Origin: an uncultured Candidatus Saccharibacteria bacterium
Lineage (GTDB): Bacteria > Patescibacteriota > Minisyncoccia > UBA6257 > GWB1-50-10
Reading direction: 5' to 3'
DNA: 64,000 bases
Assembly: GCA_964357525.1 (NCBI GenBank)
Contig: CAYHLH010000002.1
Location: 5,287 to 69,286 of the forward strand
The notes under the pieces are model-generated. The model was not told the origin of the DNA. It saw nothing but the letters and a program-made list of their open reading frames with translations, and did no database searches. The translations under genes were made by a program, and so were the position numbers. Positions 1 through 8,293 of the stretch are shown here, in pieces. Position 1 is the stretch's first letter; every line of letters starts with the position of its first letter.

Positions 1-1119
1 ACGGAAGAGAAAATTCCTTATGTCGTTGCCCTGACTAAAATTGATAAGCAGAACGCCGATGTGGAGAAGGCGAAGCAAAGCCTCACGAAAGCGGGCGTGT
101 ATCTCGAGGGGCTCGGCGGCAATGTTTCCTACCATGAGATTTCCGGAAAGACCGGCGAAGGCGTATCGGAGCTCCTGGATCTTTTGCTTCTAACAGCCGA
201 CATGGAGGATATCTCGGCGGACGCCGAAGCCGTGCCGAAAGGCGTCATTCTCATGAGCCGGCTTGATCCGCGTAAAGGCATAATCGTCGGAGGCATCGTC
301 AAAGACGGTACGCTCAGGCAGGGCGAGCCAATCGCGACGGAAACCGCAAAGGGAAAGGTAAAAACGCTTTCCACATTCCTCGGGAAAGCGGTTAAGGAAC
401 TTTCGCCGTCATCGCCCGCATTCATCACCGGATTCGAGACGCTTCCGGAGGTTGGGGAGATATTTTATGCCGGGGAAAGCGCCGCTGAGTTTTGCAAGGC
501 GGAAGACGGCAAGAAAAGGGAAGCTGTGCAGGAAATTCCGGAAAACGCCCTGACGGTGATGCTAAAAGCTGACGAAACAGGTTCATTGGACGCGTTGAGG
601 GGTATAATATGTTCAAAGGAACCGCTTCGTCCGATTGTGATTCTACGGGCTGACGTTGGGGATATTTACGAAGGCGACGTGAAGCTCGCGAAGACCTCCG
701 GCGCGCTCATCCTGGGGTTCAAGGTCAAGGTAGACAAGGCCGCGGATACGATGACGAAGAACGAACAGGTGACGATGCTCGTCTCGGACGTCATCTACGA
801 GCTCGAGGAGGCGCTCGAGAAGCACTTGAAGGAGGAATCCCCGGAGGCAATGCGCGCCTTCGAGGTACTGAAGATATTCGGCGAACCGAAGGGGAAGCAG
901 TATATCGTGGGCGGACGCGCCTCGAAGGGCACCGTCAACAATCAGGAGGCGTTCGAGCTGTGGCGCGTGGAGAAAAAGCTCGGCGAGGGGAGGATACTGA
1001 ACCTACAGACGGGGAAAGAGGACGTGCAGAGCATCGACGAGGGCGTCGAGGCCGGCATGCTCGTGGAAGCTTCCGTTCCCCCGGAAAAGGGGATGACGCT
1101 TCGGTTCCGCGGAAATTAA
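1..1119 (+). CDS. infB: Translation initiation factor IF-2, C-terminal part (5' end lies outside the window)
   Basis: Frame 1 is open from nt 1 (TEEKIPYVVALTKIDK... NKxD-like GTPase motif), continuing into the IF-2 domain II/C-terminal beta-barrel sequence. rbfA lies immediately downstream, the classic infB-rbfA order. Confidence 0.85.
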   Translation, partial: TEEKIPYVVALTKIDKQNADVEKAKQSLTKAGVYLEGLGGNVSYHEISGKTGEGVSELLDLLLLTADMEDISADAEAVPKGVILMSRLDPRKGIIVGGIVKDGTLRQGEPIATETAKGKVKTLSTFLGKAVKELSPSSPAFITGFETLPEVGEIFYAGESAAEFCKAEDGKKREAVQEIPENALTVMLKADETGSLDALRGIICSKEPLRPIVILRADVGDIYEGDVKLAKTSGALILGFKVKVDKAADTMTKNEQVTMLVSDVIYELEEALEKHLKEESPEAMRAFEVLKIFGEPKGKQYIVGGRASKGTVNNQEAFELWRVEKKLGEGRILNLQTGKEDVQSIDEGVEAGMLVEASVPPEKGMTLRFRGN

Positions 1120-1137
1120 TCTTATAATTCTATAAGG

Positions 1138-1470
1138 ATGCGCCCTTACAGGAACCTGAAGGTCGGAAGCGTATTGGAGCACGAACTTGCGAAGCTCCTC
1201 GCGAGGGATTTCCACGTGGAGGGCGCCCTGGTGACTCTTTCGGGCGTGGATGTTTCCGAGGATCTGTTGCACGCGACGGCGTACGTGAGTATCATTCCCT
1301 ACGAAAAGGAGATAGAGGTATATAAGGAGTTCGGGAAGCGGCGCGGGGAACTGGAACACCTTCTCTACAAGAAGATGAACATCCGTCCGTTCCCGCATCT
1401 GGAGTTCTCCGTCGATTCCCCCGACGAAAAACTCCGCGCGAAGAAGAGGGGCGGGGTGAAGAAATGGTGA
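1138..1470 (+). CDS. rbfA: Ribosome-binding factor A
   Basis: 110-aa protein directly after infB. Size and sequence (LAKLLARDFHVEGALVTLSGVDVSEDL...) fit RbfA. Confidence 0.8.
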   Translation: MRPYRNLKVGSVLEHELAKLLARDFHVEGALVTLSGVDVSEDLLHATAYVSIIPYEKEIEVYKEFGKRRGELEHLLYKKMNIRPFPHLEFSVDSPDEKLRAKKRGGVKKW

Positions 1471-1510
1471 CCCTCTGTAAAGTTTTCGAAAGAGAAATTT
1501 GCTACAAATG

Positions 1511-1546
1511 AGGCGCTGCATTTAAATGCAGCGCCTGTGGTATAAT
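1511..1546. promoter_or_regulatory. 26-bp perfect palindrome AGGCGCTGCATTTAAATGCAGCGCCT abutting an extended -10 box (TGTGGTATAAT); candidate operator and promoter of the downstream TrpR-like gene
   Basis: Perfect dyad centred on TTTAAA, read directly from the sequence. TATAAT lies 13 nt upstream of the ATG at 1560. Confidence 0.5.
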
Positions 1547-1559
1547 GCAGTTATATCCT

Positions 1560-1934
1560 ATGGTGCGTGTAAATAAAACCCAGTTTCCGGAAAAACTTCG
1601 TGAAGAGTTGTGGGGAAAGTTTTCAAGCGAATTGAAAAACTCACCATCGTCGGAAGCACTTCTCAGAAAGTTGAGGATTGTCCTTACTCATGCTGAAATC
1701 ACCATGCTTGAGAAGCGCCTCGCGATTCCGATTCTCCTTGAACAGGGCAGGAGTTATCGGGAAATCGGCCGCATGATAGACGTGAGTTCCACGACAATCA
1801 ACTCCATCAAACATCATTTTGTGAAAAAGCCCGTGTCTCGCCATCGGTATACTTCATCATTGTCGAAGAAAAGTGCTTCACGGAGCCACCACTCATCAAA
1901 GGGCGTCGGGGCGGAGATTTGGAAAGCAAGGTAA
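1560..1934 (+). CDS. TrpR-like (YerC/YecD family) small HTH regulator
   Basis: MVRVNKTQFPEKLREELW...LEKRLAIPILLEQGRSYREIGRMIDVSSTTINSIKHHF, a Trp-repressor-like HTH. Start chosen at the second ATG (1560) by analogy with the paralog at 12997 (MVRVNRTQF). The track ORF starts at 1545, inside the -10 box. Confidence 0.6.
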   Translation: MVRVNKTQFPEKLREELWGKFSSELKNSPSSEALLRKLRIVLTHAEITMLEKRLAIPILLEQGRSYREIGRMIDVSSTTINSIKHHFVKKPVSRHRYTSSLSKKSASRSHHSSKGVGAEIWKAR

Positions 1935-1940
1935 AAAAAA

Positions 1941-1970
1941 CAAACCGCTGCATTTAAATGTAGCGGTTTG
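1941..1970. terminator. Near-perfect palindrome CAAACCGCTGCATTTAAATGTAGCGGTTTG flanked by A/T runs; terminator and second copy of the operator-like dyad
   Basis: Same GCTGCATTTAAATGCAGC core as at 1511, one mismatch, flanked by aaaaaaaa and ttttt. Confidence 0.45.
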
Positions 1971-2051
1971 TTTTTACCGAAAATGCCGTGTGGCAGCAAC
2001 GCCATTCGATGGAATTTCTTGAGATGGACTAGAGTTGTCGGTTGTTTCTTG

Positions 2052-2123
2052 AGGCCTGGGCGGGAATTGAACCCGCGCATAACGGTTTTGCAGACCGCTG
2101 CGTTACCACTTCGCCACCAGGCC
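2052..2123 (-). tRNA. tRNA-Cys (GCA)
   Basis: Reverse complement folds as a cloverleaf: acceptor GGCCTGG/CCAGGCC, anticodon loop CTGCAAA, T-arm CGGGTTCAATTCCCG. Confidence 0.8.
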
Positions 2124-2201
2124 GCGTTCGTTATCTTATCATCGCTCCACACATTTGGAAAAGCGTGTTACAATCTCCCTAAACATCCGTTCTATATCAT
2201 A

Positions 2202-3290
2202 ATGAGGAAAATTTTCATACTCGCATTCGCCGCGTTTTTCGTATCCGGAACGGGCCTCGCCGCCGCGGCGTACCCCGTCGACGTGTGGCTTCCGTACTGG
2301 AAGAAGACGGAAGGCATCGCGGAGGCGACGCCGAACCTCGCGCCCATCTGGCGGGTGCATCCCTTCTCCTACGAGGTGCAGTCCGACGGCACCATAGTGG
2401 ACCTGTGGAACATGGACGAGATCGCGACGGACGATTTCTTCCTCGACGTCCGCGCCGCGAAGGCGAAGGTCGTGCCGACCATCGCGTGGCACAACGGAAC
2501 GGAGATCATGAATATCCTCTCGAGCTCCACCGCCCGCAAGGCGCATATCGACGGCATCGTGGCGCACGCGGAGGTTTACAGGTTCGACGGGGTGGACATC
2601 GATTACGAGGGGAAGCCGGCGGAGTCGCGCGAGCACTTCTCCGCGTTCCTGCAGGAGCTCTCCGCGCGCTTACGGGCCCAAAAGAAGATACTCTCGTGTA
2701 CCATCGAAGCGAGGACACCGCTCTCCTCGCGTTTCACCGTCATTCCGGCCGATCTGGAGTACGCGAATGACTACGTTGCCATCAACAGGTACTGCGATGA
2801 GGTGAACATCATGGCATACGACCAGAGGGACGTGGATATAATCCTTAACGCCCAGAAAGGGAAAGGCGGACTTCCCTACCTCCCCGTCGCCGACAGGGAG
2901 TGGGTGGAGAAGGTTATACAGGAAACCGTGAAAACCATAGACAAAAAGAAGATACGCCTCGGCGTACCGACATTCGGGTACGAGTACGAGATGGTGCTCG
3001 GGAAATCGGACACAGGCCTCGTTGCAGGCGGATACAGCCGCCTCAGGAGCATCACTTACAGGGATTTCGACGGCCTTGTGAAAGCGTCGGGGATGAAGCC
3101 CTTCCGGAACGCGGCGGGGGAGCTCTCGCTGTTCTACATTTCGGGGAATTCAATCCGCATCGCATGGATATCGGATTCGGAGGCGGTGAAGGCCAAGGTG
3201 GCGCTCGCGAAGAAGTACGGCCTCAAGGGCGTCGTTGTCTGGACCGCGAACGGGGAGAACGACCCCAACCTCTGGAAGGTCTTGAAGTAG
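2202..3290 (+). CDS. Secreted glycoside hydrolase family 18 (chitinase-like) protein
   Basis: Signal peptide MRKIFILAFAAFFVSG and GH18 catalytic motif FDGVDIDYEG (DxxDxDxE). The track ORF start at 1968 overlaps tRNA-Cys and is rejected. Confidence 0.75.
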   Translation: MRKIFILAFAAFFVSGTGLAAAAYPVDVWLPYWKKTEGIAEATPNLAPIWRVHPFSYEVQSDGTIVDLWNMDEIATDDFFLDVRAAKAKVVPTIAWHNGTEIMNILSSSTARKAHIDGIVAHAEVYRFDGVDIDYEGKPAESREHFSAFLQELSARLRAQKKILSCTIEARTPLSSRFTVIPADLEYANDYVAINRYCDEVNIMAYDQRDVDIILNAQKGKGGLPYLPVADREWVEKVIQETVKTIDKKKIRLGVPTFGYEYEMVLGKSDTGLVAGGYSRLRSITYRDFDGLVKASGMKPFRNAAGELSLFYISGNSIRIAWISDSEAVKAKVALAKKYGLKGVVVWTANGENDPNLWKVLK

Positions 3291-3447
3291 ATTTCCGCCT
3301 TTTCCCCGAACATAAAAAGGCGTTTTTGACTAAAACGCCTTCCTGTGTTTTTATATGGAATTCATTGACTATAAGTTCATTTAGTGCTAAAAGAACATCA
3401 GTAATCAAATTTTATAAAAAGTAAATAATACAAGAAAAGGGGGCCCT

Positions 3448-4029
3448 ATGAGGTTTCTACGAAAAAGATGGAAAACGGTTCTTTTCATTCTCATCCTCGC
3501 AGGCTTCCTGGTTGTACTGAAAGACGCGCGGCAGGATTTTCTCTCTTATTTTCAGAGTTTCAATAGGTGGATTTTTCTCGAAAGTGTCGTTGTGGTAGTT
3601 ATCACTTTCGCGTTATTCAGCATTCTCTCCAAATGGAAATCGCCTGTGTTTGAACACAAGCTTCCGTGGGATTTTTCGACGGAATCCATGCTCGATTTTT
3701 CGGTGTGGGGATGGTTGCTTATAACGCTTTTTTTTCTGAACATTCCTTTTGTCGCAAAGATGGAAGAGCTCATATTCAGGGGAGATCTCTTCGGACGCGG
3801 AACCGCCGGTTGGGAAGAGGGAGTATGGAGAAGTATTTTATTTGGGTTTGTTCACTACGTATTTGGTGTACACGTGAAAACCGCAATACTCATAGTGTTT
3901 TTAGGGCTGTGGTTTACCTGGCATTATCTGCATGGCGGCGTGCCGGAATCCACGCTCTATCATGCAACTTTCAATTTCGCGGCATTGGCAATTTGGTTTT
4001 TCTCGTTTCTAGGTAAAGGTAATAAGTAA
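3448..4029 (+). CDS. CPBP family intramembrane metalloprotease (CAAX protease / Abi domain)
   Basis: Multi-TM protein with CPBP motifs EELIFRG, FGFVHY and HATFN. SD-like AAGGGGG upstream. Confidence 0.75.
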   Translation: MRFLRKRWKTVLFILILAGFLVVLKDARQDFLSYFQSFNRWIFLESVVVVVITFALFSILSKWKSPVFEHKLPWDFSTESMLDFSVWGWLLITLFFLNIPFVAKMEELIFRGDLFGRGTAGWEEGVWRSILFGFVHYVFGVHVKTAILIVFLGLWFTWHYLHGGVPESTLYHATFNFAALAIWFFSFLGKGNK

Positions 4030-4086
4030 AAATAAAAAATGGGCGGTTATTTCTAACCGCCCAAAAATTTTGTGTTGTAAGTTCCG

Positions 4087-4407
4087 TTACATCGCTATTA
4101 GGTCGCTGACCCGGCCGTCCTTTGTCCAAACCTTTATGTAACCTATTCCATCTTGTATCGGGGCTATGTTGTAGCCTTCTTTGAAATCGATGGTTTTTTG
4201 GTAACTTTGATCAAAACCGTAAAGTTCTAATTTAGTTACCTGGTTATCTGGGTTCGTTGAGTAAAGATTAACAGGTCCAATTCCACTCCAGTTCTGGGAT
4301 ACACTGTATACTGGGAGTGTATTGGTATTGTTGTTTGCTGATATTCCGAAGAATCCAACAATTATAACGACGAGAATAACGAGTGATGTGAAAAATACAG
4401 ATTTCAT
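4087..4407 (-). CDS. Small secreted hypothetical protein (AT-rich island)
   Basis: 106 aa with N-terminal signal peptide. The gene and its upstream region are conspicuously AT-rich relative to the flanks. Confidence 0.5.
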   Translation of the reverse strand: MKSVFFTSLVILVVIIVGFFGISANNNTNTLPVYSVSQNWSGIGPVNLYSTNPDNQVTKLELYGFDQSYQKTIDFKEGYNIAPIQDGIGYIKVWTKDGRVSDLIAM

Positions 4408-4588
4408 TTGATTTTTCTCCTTATGATTAATTGTTTGTAATTAATGTTTTTAAAATAAACTCTTTAAAATATAATTGATATTTAATCAAGTATATTTTAT
4501 AGCTAAATATTAGCACACTATTATAATAATGTCAATACCCTTGGAAAAGGGGTAAAAAAGCCTCATTTTAGGGGTTTTTTGCTACAAT

Positions 4589-4975
4589 GTGGGTATGTTG
4601 CTCAAAAACAGGTTCGTTCCAATTCTGCTGGTCCTTTTGATTTTCGGTGTCGGCATATATCTCGCCTATATCTACACGTTTTCGGAGCGCGCCGGTCAGG
4701 AAACCTCTTCCGAGCGGAACGGCGCTTCCTCGCTTTCCGAGGCCTCGAAGGCGGCGGTGGATGCGTACCTAAGGGGGCACATTTCGGAGCTTTCCACGGA
4801 ACCCGAGGTGCTCGGCGGGAAGTTCTACGTGACGGACATCGCGTTCCTTTCCGACACCCGGGCCAGGGTGTGGTACGAGGACGGGCACAACGCGTTCAAG
4901 GCGGAATTCGATTTCTTCATCAATGCTGACAACGAGGTGCGGGAGGTGAATTTCAGGGTGATCCAACGTAACTGA
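4589..4975 (+). CDS. Hypothetical membrane-anchored protein
   Basis: N-terminal TM helix. ATG lies 6 nt after TTGCTACAAT (extended -10), suggesting a leaderless transcript. Confidence 0.5.
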   Translation: MGMLLKNRFVPILLVLLIFGVGIYLAYIYTFSERAGQETSSERNGASSLSEASKAAVDAYLRGHISELSTEPEVLGGKFYVTDIAFLSDTRARVWYEDGHNAFKAEFDFFINADNEVREVNFRVIQRN

Positions 4976-5018
4976 CTGTTGCGTAATTCCACTAAATTCG
5001 TAGAGTAATACTGCCTGT

Positions 5019-5090
5019 GGCCCCATCGTCTAGTGGTTAGGACAACGCTCTTTCAAGGCGTAAACACGGGTCCGATTCCCGTTGGGGCTG
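5019..5090 (+). tRNA. tRNA-Glu (TTC)
   Basis: Cloverleaf: acceptor GGCCCCA/TGGGGCT, anticodon stem ACGCT/GGCGT with loop CTTTCAA, T-arm ACGGGTCCGATTCCCGT. Confidence 0.8.
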
Positions 5091-5250
5091 CAAACACAAA
5101 AATCTCCTAATCAAGGAGATTTTTGTGTTTGCTTTCCTAGGAATCGGACCGTTTTACCCCCGTGTCGGATTGAATTGAAAACCGAGGGTTTTCAAAGTCA
5201 GGGGGTCGGGGGCAAAACATGTGTTTATGTCCGATTCCCGTTGGGGCTGC
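5091..5250 (+). repeat. tRNA-Glu 3'-attached element: terminator-like hairpin, inverted copy of the T-arm, G-rich GGGGGTCGGGG motif, direct repeat of the last 22 nt of tRNA-Glu
   Basis: Hairpin ACACAAAAATCTCC-TAATCA-AGGAGATTTTTGTGT (5094-5128). GGAATCGGACC at 5140-5150 is the reverse complement of the T-loop GGTCCGATTCC. GTCCGATTCCCGTTGGGGCTGC at 5229-5250 duplicates 5069-5090. Confidence 0.55.
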
Positions 5251-5277
5251 TAAAAAAAAGTGGTATAATTACGGCAT

Positions 5278-5877
5278 ATGACCCGTCACCGGAAGAGGGG
5301 CACACACCGCGACGAGCGCGCTCCGGAAGCGCAAAGGGTTCCCGCGCATCCGGCGCACCACGTCCAGCCTCAAAAGCCGCATGAAGCGCACCGCCTCCCC
5401 GCAAGGCCGGCGCCCGGGCGGAAGATCTCCTGGAGGGCGGCGGAATTCCATTATTTTGAGAAGGATTATCTGTGGTATGTCTGGGCGGTTTTCACAGGGG
5501 TCGTGCTTCTCGCATTCGCGCTTTGGCAGAGGAATTTCTTCTTTGCGGTGTTCGTCGTCATTGCGACGGTGCTCTTCGTCGAGTTCGGCAAGCGCAGGCC
5601 GAGGACACTGGATTATGAGCTTAACGAGAAGGAGGTTCTGATAGACGGGAGGATGTCGATCCCCTACAAATCCATCGAGAGTTTCCACGTGAGGAAGCGA
5701 CTGGGGCTTCTCGACGAGGTCGTCTTCAAACGCGCCACGCGGGTGAATCCGTTCATCCACCTGCCCATCGACGAGGAACTTGCCGTACGGGCGCGGGAGT
5801 TCCTCCTCGAATTCCTGCCCGAAGACGAGCACGAACAGACCATCGTGGAGATCATCGCGGAGCGCATCGGATTCTGA
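5278..5877 (+). CDS. Hypothetical membrane protein with basic N-terminus
   Basis: 199-aa ORF with two TM helices. ATG 8 nt after GTGGTATAAT. A long antisense ORF on the other strand is judged spurious. Confidence 0.45.
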   Translation: MTRHRKRGTHRDERAPEAQRVPAHPAHHVQPQKPHEAHRLPARPAPGRKISWRAAEFHYFEKDYLWYVWAVFTGVVLLAFALWQRNFFFAVFVVIATVLFVEFGKRRPRTLDYELNEKEVLIDGRMSIPYKSIESFHVRKRLGLLDEVVFKRATRVNPFIHLPIDEELAVRAREFLLEFLPEDEHEQTIVEIIAERIGF

Positions 5878-5910
5878 TTTATTGACTTTGTTCAGATTTT
5901 GTACTAAAGT

Positions 5911-7173
5911 ATGACCATGATAGAACTCAAGTCGGTCGAAAATCCTCCCGAAAAGCCGAAAGCTCCCGAGGAGGAGATCGAAGCCGCTCCCGCCGCAAAG
6001 GACGTCCCGAAGCCGCTTCGCGACATTCCAGAGGTGAAGAGCCGTTGGGAGAGATTCCGCGACAAGACGAAGGAAAAACTCGCCGCCGTATACGAGAAAA
6101 CCGGCCTTGCGGACACGGTTGACCGCGCGAAGGTTGTGGTGAACCGCGCCATGATGAAATTTCACGTGAATGATGCCGTCGTGTACACGAAAAAGCTCGG
6201 AGAGCGCAACCAGAATATAGAATTCCTGCAGAAGAAATTCGACGATTACGACTCGAGCATAAAGAAGATGAAGGAACTCGGTGTCCACGGGGACAAGGAG
6301 GTGAGCGCGGACCTCGGGAAAGAGAGGATGAAGCTCGCCGAGAAGATAGATAAGGAGAAGAAGAAGGCCGACAGGATCCAGTCGAAACTGGAGGTGAAAA
6401 ACCTCAAGAAGGAAAGGTATGAAGGACGCGTCGGCGACATCTGCGAGAAGGCGAAGAACAGGATTGACAGGCATTTGAACCCGTTCGAACAGAAGCTCGG
6501 CGAGCTGAAGCTCGAGCGTGAAAGCCTGAAATCCGAGATCGTGAGCTTCAAGGACACGCGCGGGCGCTTTACGGAAGAGATAAAAACGCTGGAAGCGGCC
6601 GCAAAGGGCGCGGTGTGGAAAACGGAGAAGATGGCGTATGAAGCGAAGATAAAGGAGATAAAGAAGACCATAGGGAAGGCGGACGCCATGGTGGAAAAGA
6701 AGATGAAAGAAAGGACGAAGATAGAGAAGGGGATCGCCGCGAACGAGAAAAACGCGAATCCGTGGCGCGACAAGCGGAATGAGTTCGCGCGGTTCACAAA
6801 GATAGAATCGCCCGACACTTCCGTCCCGAAGAAGAAAACCGAGGAGTTCGGCGCCAGAAGTGGCGGAACCGAAAAATCGGGACCCGAGGGATCGGCGGCG
6901 GAGAAGTTCGGAGAAAAAGCGGAAAAATTCGAAACCCCGAAGCTCATCGCCTTGTGGAACAAGCACTTCGGTTCGGAGCTCTCACTTACACCGCAGATAT
7001 TGGAGAAGTTGGGCGGTTTTTCCGCGAAGCGGATGAGCGCGGATTACTTTTTGAACCTTGCTGGGCTTTATGACGCGAACATTCACGGAGCGAAGGGCCC
7101 GCAGAGGAGGGAATTCGACGATAAGGCATCGATGTTCCGGAAAATAGTCGACCGGCACGCGGGAGAAATGTAA
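5911..7173 (+). CDS. Lys/Glu-rich coiled-coil hypothetical protein
   Basis: 420 aa with strongly K/E-rich heptad-like sequence. The overlapping 565-aa minus-strand ORF has L/F-rich mirror-image composition typical of a shadow ORF. Confidence 0.5.
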   Translation: MTMIELKSVENPPEKPKAPEEEIEAAPAAKDVPKPLRDIPEVKSRWERFRDKTKEKLAAVYEKTGLADTVDRAKVVVNRAMMKFHVNDAVVYTKKLGERNQNIEFLQKKFDDYDSSIKKMKELGVHGDKEVSADLGKERMKLAEKIDKEKKKADRIQSKLEVKNLKKERYEGRVGDICEKAKNRIDRHLNPFEQKLGELKLERESLKSEIVSFKDTRGRFTEEIKTLEAAAKGAVWKTEKMAYEAKIKEIKKTIGKADAMVEKKMKERTKIEKGIAANEKNANPWRDKRNEFARFTKIESPDTSVPKKKTEEFGARSGGTEKSGPEGSAAEKFGEKAEKFETPKLIALWNKHFGSELSLTPQILEKLGGFSAKRMSADYFLNLAGLYDANIHGAKGPQRREFDDKASMFRKIVDRHAGEM

Positions 7174-7181
7174 CTCTGCAT

Positions 7182-7442
7182 ATGACCACACCACAGGACG
7201 AACGCGATCTGGTTGCCCACGCGAGCGGCCTTTTGAGGGAGATAGAGGAAGCCATGAAAAGCTTCGATGCGAAGACCTCGGACATCGTCTCGCGCGCCGA
7301 AAAGCTTATCAAGGAACTGGATGCGACCGACCTTACGAAGGAGATCGAGGCAATCGAGCGGGACGCCGTGAAGGAAATCGACGAGGCAACCTTCGATTAC
7401 GCCGAGGAGACGGACAAGCTCGGCGAAGACGAGGAGGAATAA
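7182..7442 (+). CDS. Small acidic hypothetical protein
   Basis: 86 aa, D/E-rich, followed by a hairpin terminator (7452-7497). Confidence 0.4.
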   Translation: MTTPQDERDLVAHASGLLREIEEAMKSFDAKTSDIVSRAEKLIKELDATDLTKEIEAIERDAVKEIDEATFDYAEETDKLGEDEEE

Positions 7443-7497
7443 CTTCAATCTCCCAAAGCAAAATGCCCCGGCAATCGAGCCGGGGCATTTTGCTTTG

Positions 7498-7569
7498 TGC
7501 CCTCGAGGGGATTCGAACCTCTATTACAAGATCCGCAATCTTGCGTCCTATCCATTGAACGACGAGGGC
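7498..7569 (-). tRNA. tRNA-Arg (anticodon GCG as read; ACG/GCG ambiguity acknowledged)
   Basis: Reverse complement: acceptor GCCCTCG/CGAGGGC, D-loop AATGGATAG, anticodon stem CAAGA/TCTTG with loop TTGCGGA, T-loop TTCGAAT. Confidence 0.7.
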
Positions 7570-7613
7570 CGCCGGGACTTTTAAAGGATAGAGCCGAATG
7601 CCGAAAAAATCCA

Positions 7614-7690
7614 CCCAGTAGAATCACGGCTGCGCCGTAGCTCTACCGGGCCCACCCCTTTTCGGAGGTTTTTCCTCTCTTGCTATAATG
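7614..7690 (+). promoter_or_regulatory. Degenerate type-A hairpin (CCCAGTAGA...TCTACCGGG) followed by TTGCTATAAT at the sigma-factor gene start
   Basis: CCCAGTAGAATCACGGCTGCGCCGTAGCTCTACCGGG at 7614-7650, then CTTGCTATAATG at 7680-7690. Same architecture as the elements at 15508, 19404 and 22290. Confidence 0.4.
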
Positions 7691-8293
7691 AAACCCACGT
7701 CACGAAAGACGGATTTGCACGTTATGCATTCAGAGAGGAGTAAAAAGTTGGTGGATCTGATATCCCGCGCCAAGGCGGGGGACGCAAGTGCGCTCGACGC
7801 GATATACCGCGCCTATTTCACCCCGGTGTACCGCTACGTGTTCATACGCGTAGGAGGGCGCCGCGCGGAGGCGGAGGATGTCACGCAGGACGCCTTCGTG
7901 AAGATAATGAAGAACCTCCATCGCTTCGAGGATAGGGGTAAAGATCCCCTTGCATACTTCTTCACGGTGGCGAGGACGACGCTTATAGACCGCTTGCGCC
8001 GACGGCGCGAGACGGTGTTTTCGGAGATGGAAGCCGCCGACGCCCCATTCGATGTTCCGGATGAGCGCGCGGATGCGCCAGAAATCCTGTACCGCGGGTT
8101 CATGGTGGAAGAGGCGGTGCGGGCGATGGGATCCCTCACCGATGCGGAACGCGAGGCGATCACGCTCCGGTTCTTCGGTGAACTCTCGACCGTAGAGATC
8201 GCTGCCCTCATGGGGAAGTCGGAGGACGCGGTGCGCCAGCTCCAAAGCAGGGGCTTGAGGGCGCTCGCAAAGAAATTGAAACATCATGCTTGA
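7688..8293 (+). CDS. ECF-type RNA polymerase sigma factor (sigma-70 family regions 2 and 4)
   Basis: Region 2 (DVTQDAFVKIMKNLHRFE) and region 4 HTH (LTDAEREAITLRFFGELSTVEIAALMGKSEDAVRQLQSRGLRAL). True start may be the internal Met at codon 13, since TATAAT overlaps the first ATG. Confidence 0.8.
   Translation: MKPTSRKTDLHVMHSERSKKLVDLISRAKAGDASALDAIYRAYFTPVYRYVFIRVGGRRAEAEDVTQDAFVKIMKNLHRFEDRGKDPLAYFFTVARTTLIDRLRRRRETVFSEMEAADAPFDVPDERADAPEILYRGFMVEEAVRAMGSLTDAEREAITLRFFGELSTVEIAALMGKSEDAVRQLQSRGLRALAKKLKHHA

Noticed and set aside
1968-2201. Upstream extension of the GH18 gene to the TTG at 1968
   Set aside because: It would read through tRNA-Cys on the opposite strand. The signal peptide begins at MRKIF (2202).
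5269-6966. 565-aa ORF on the minus strand spanning two plus-strand genes
   Set aside because: L/F/R-rich low-complexity translation that mirrors the K/E-rich plus-strand coiled-coil protein. It is a shadow ORF of a GC-rich region with no motifs.
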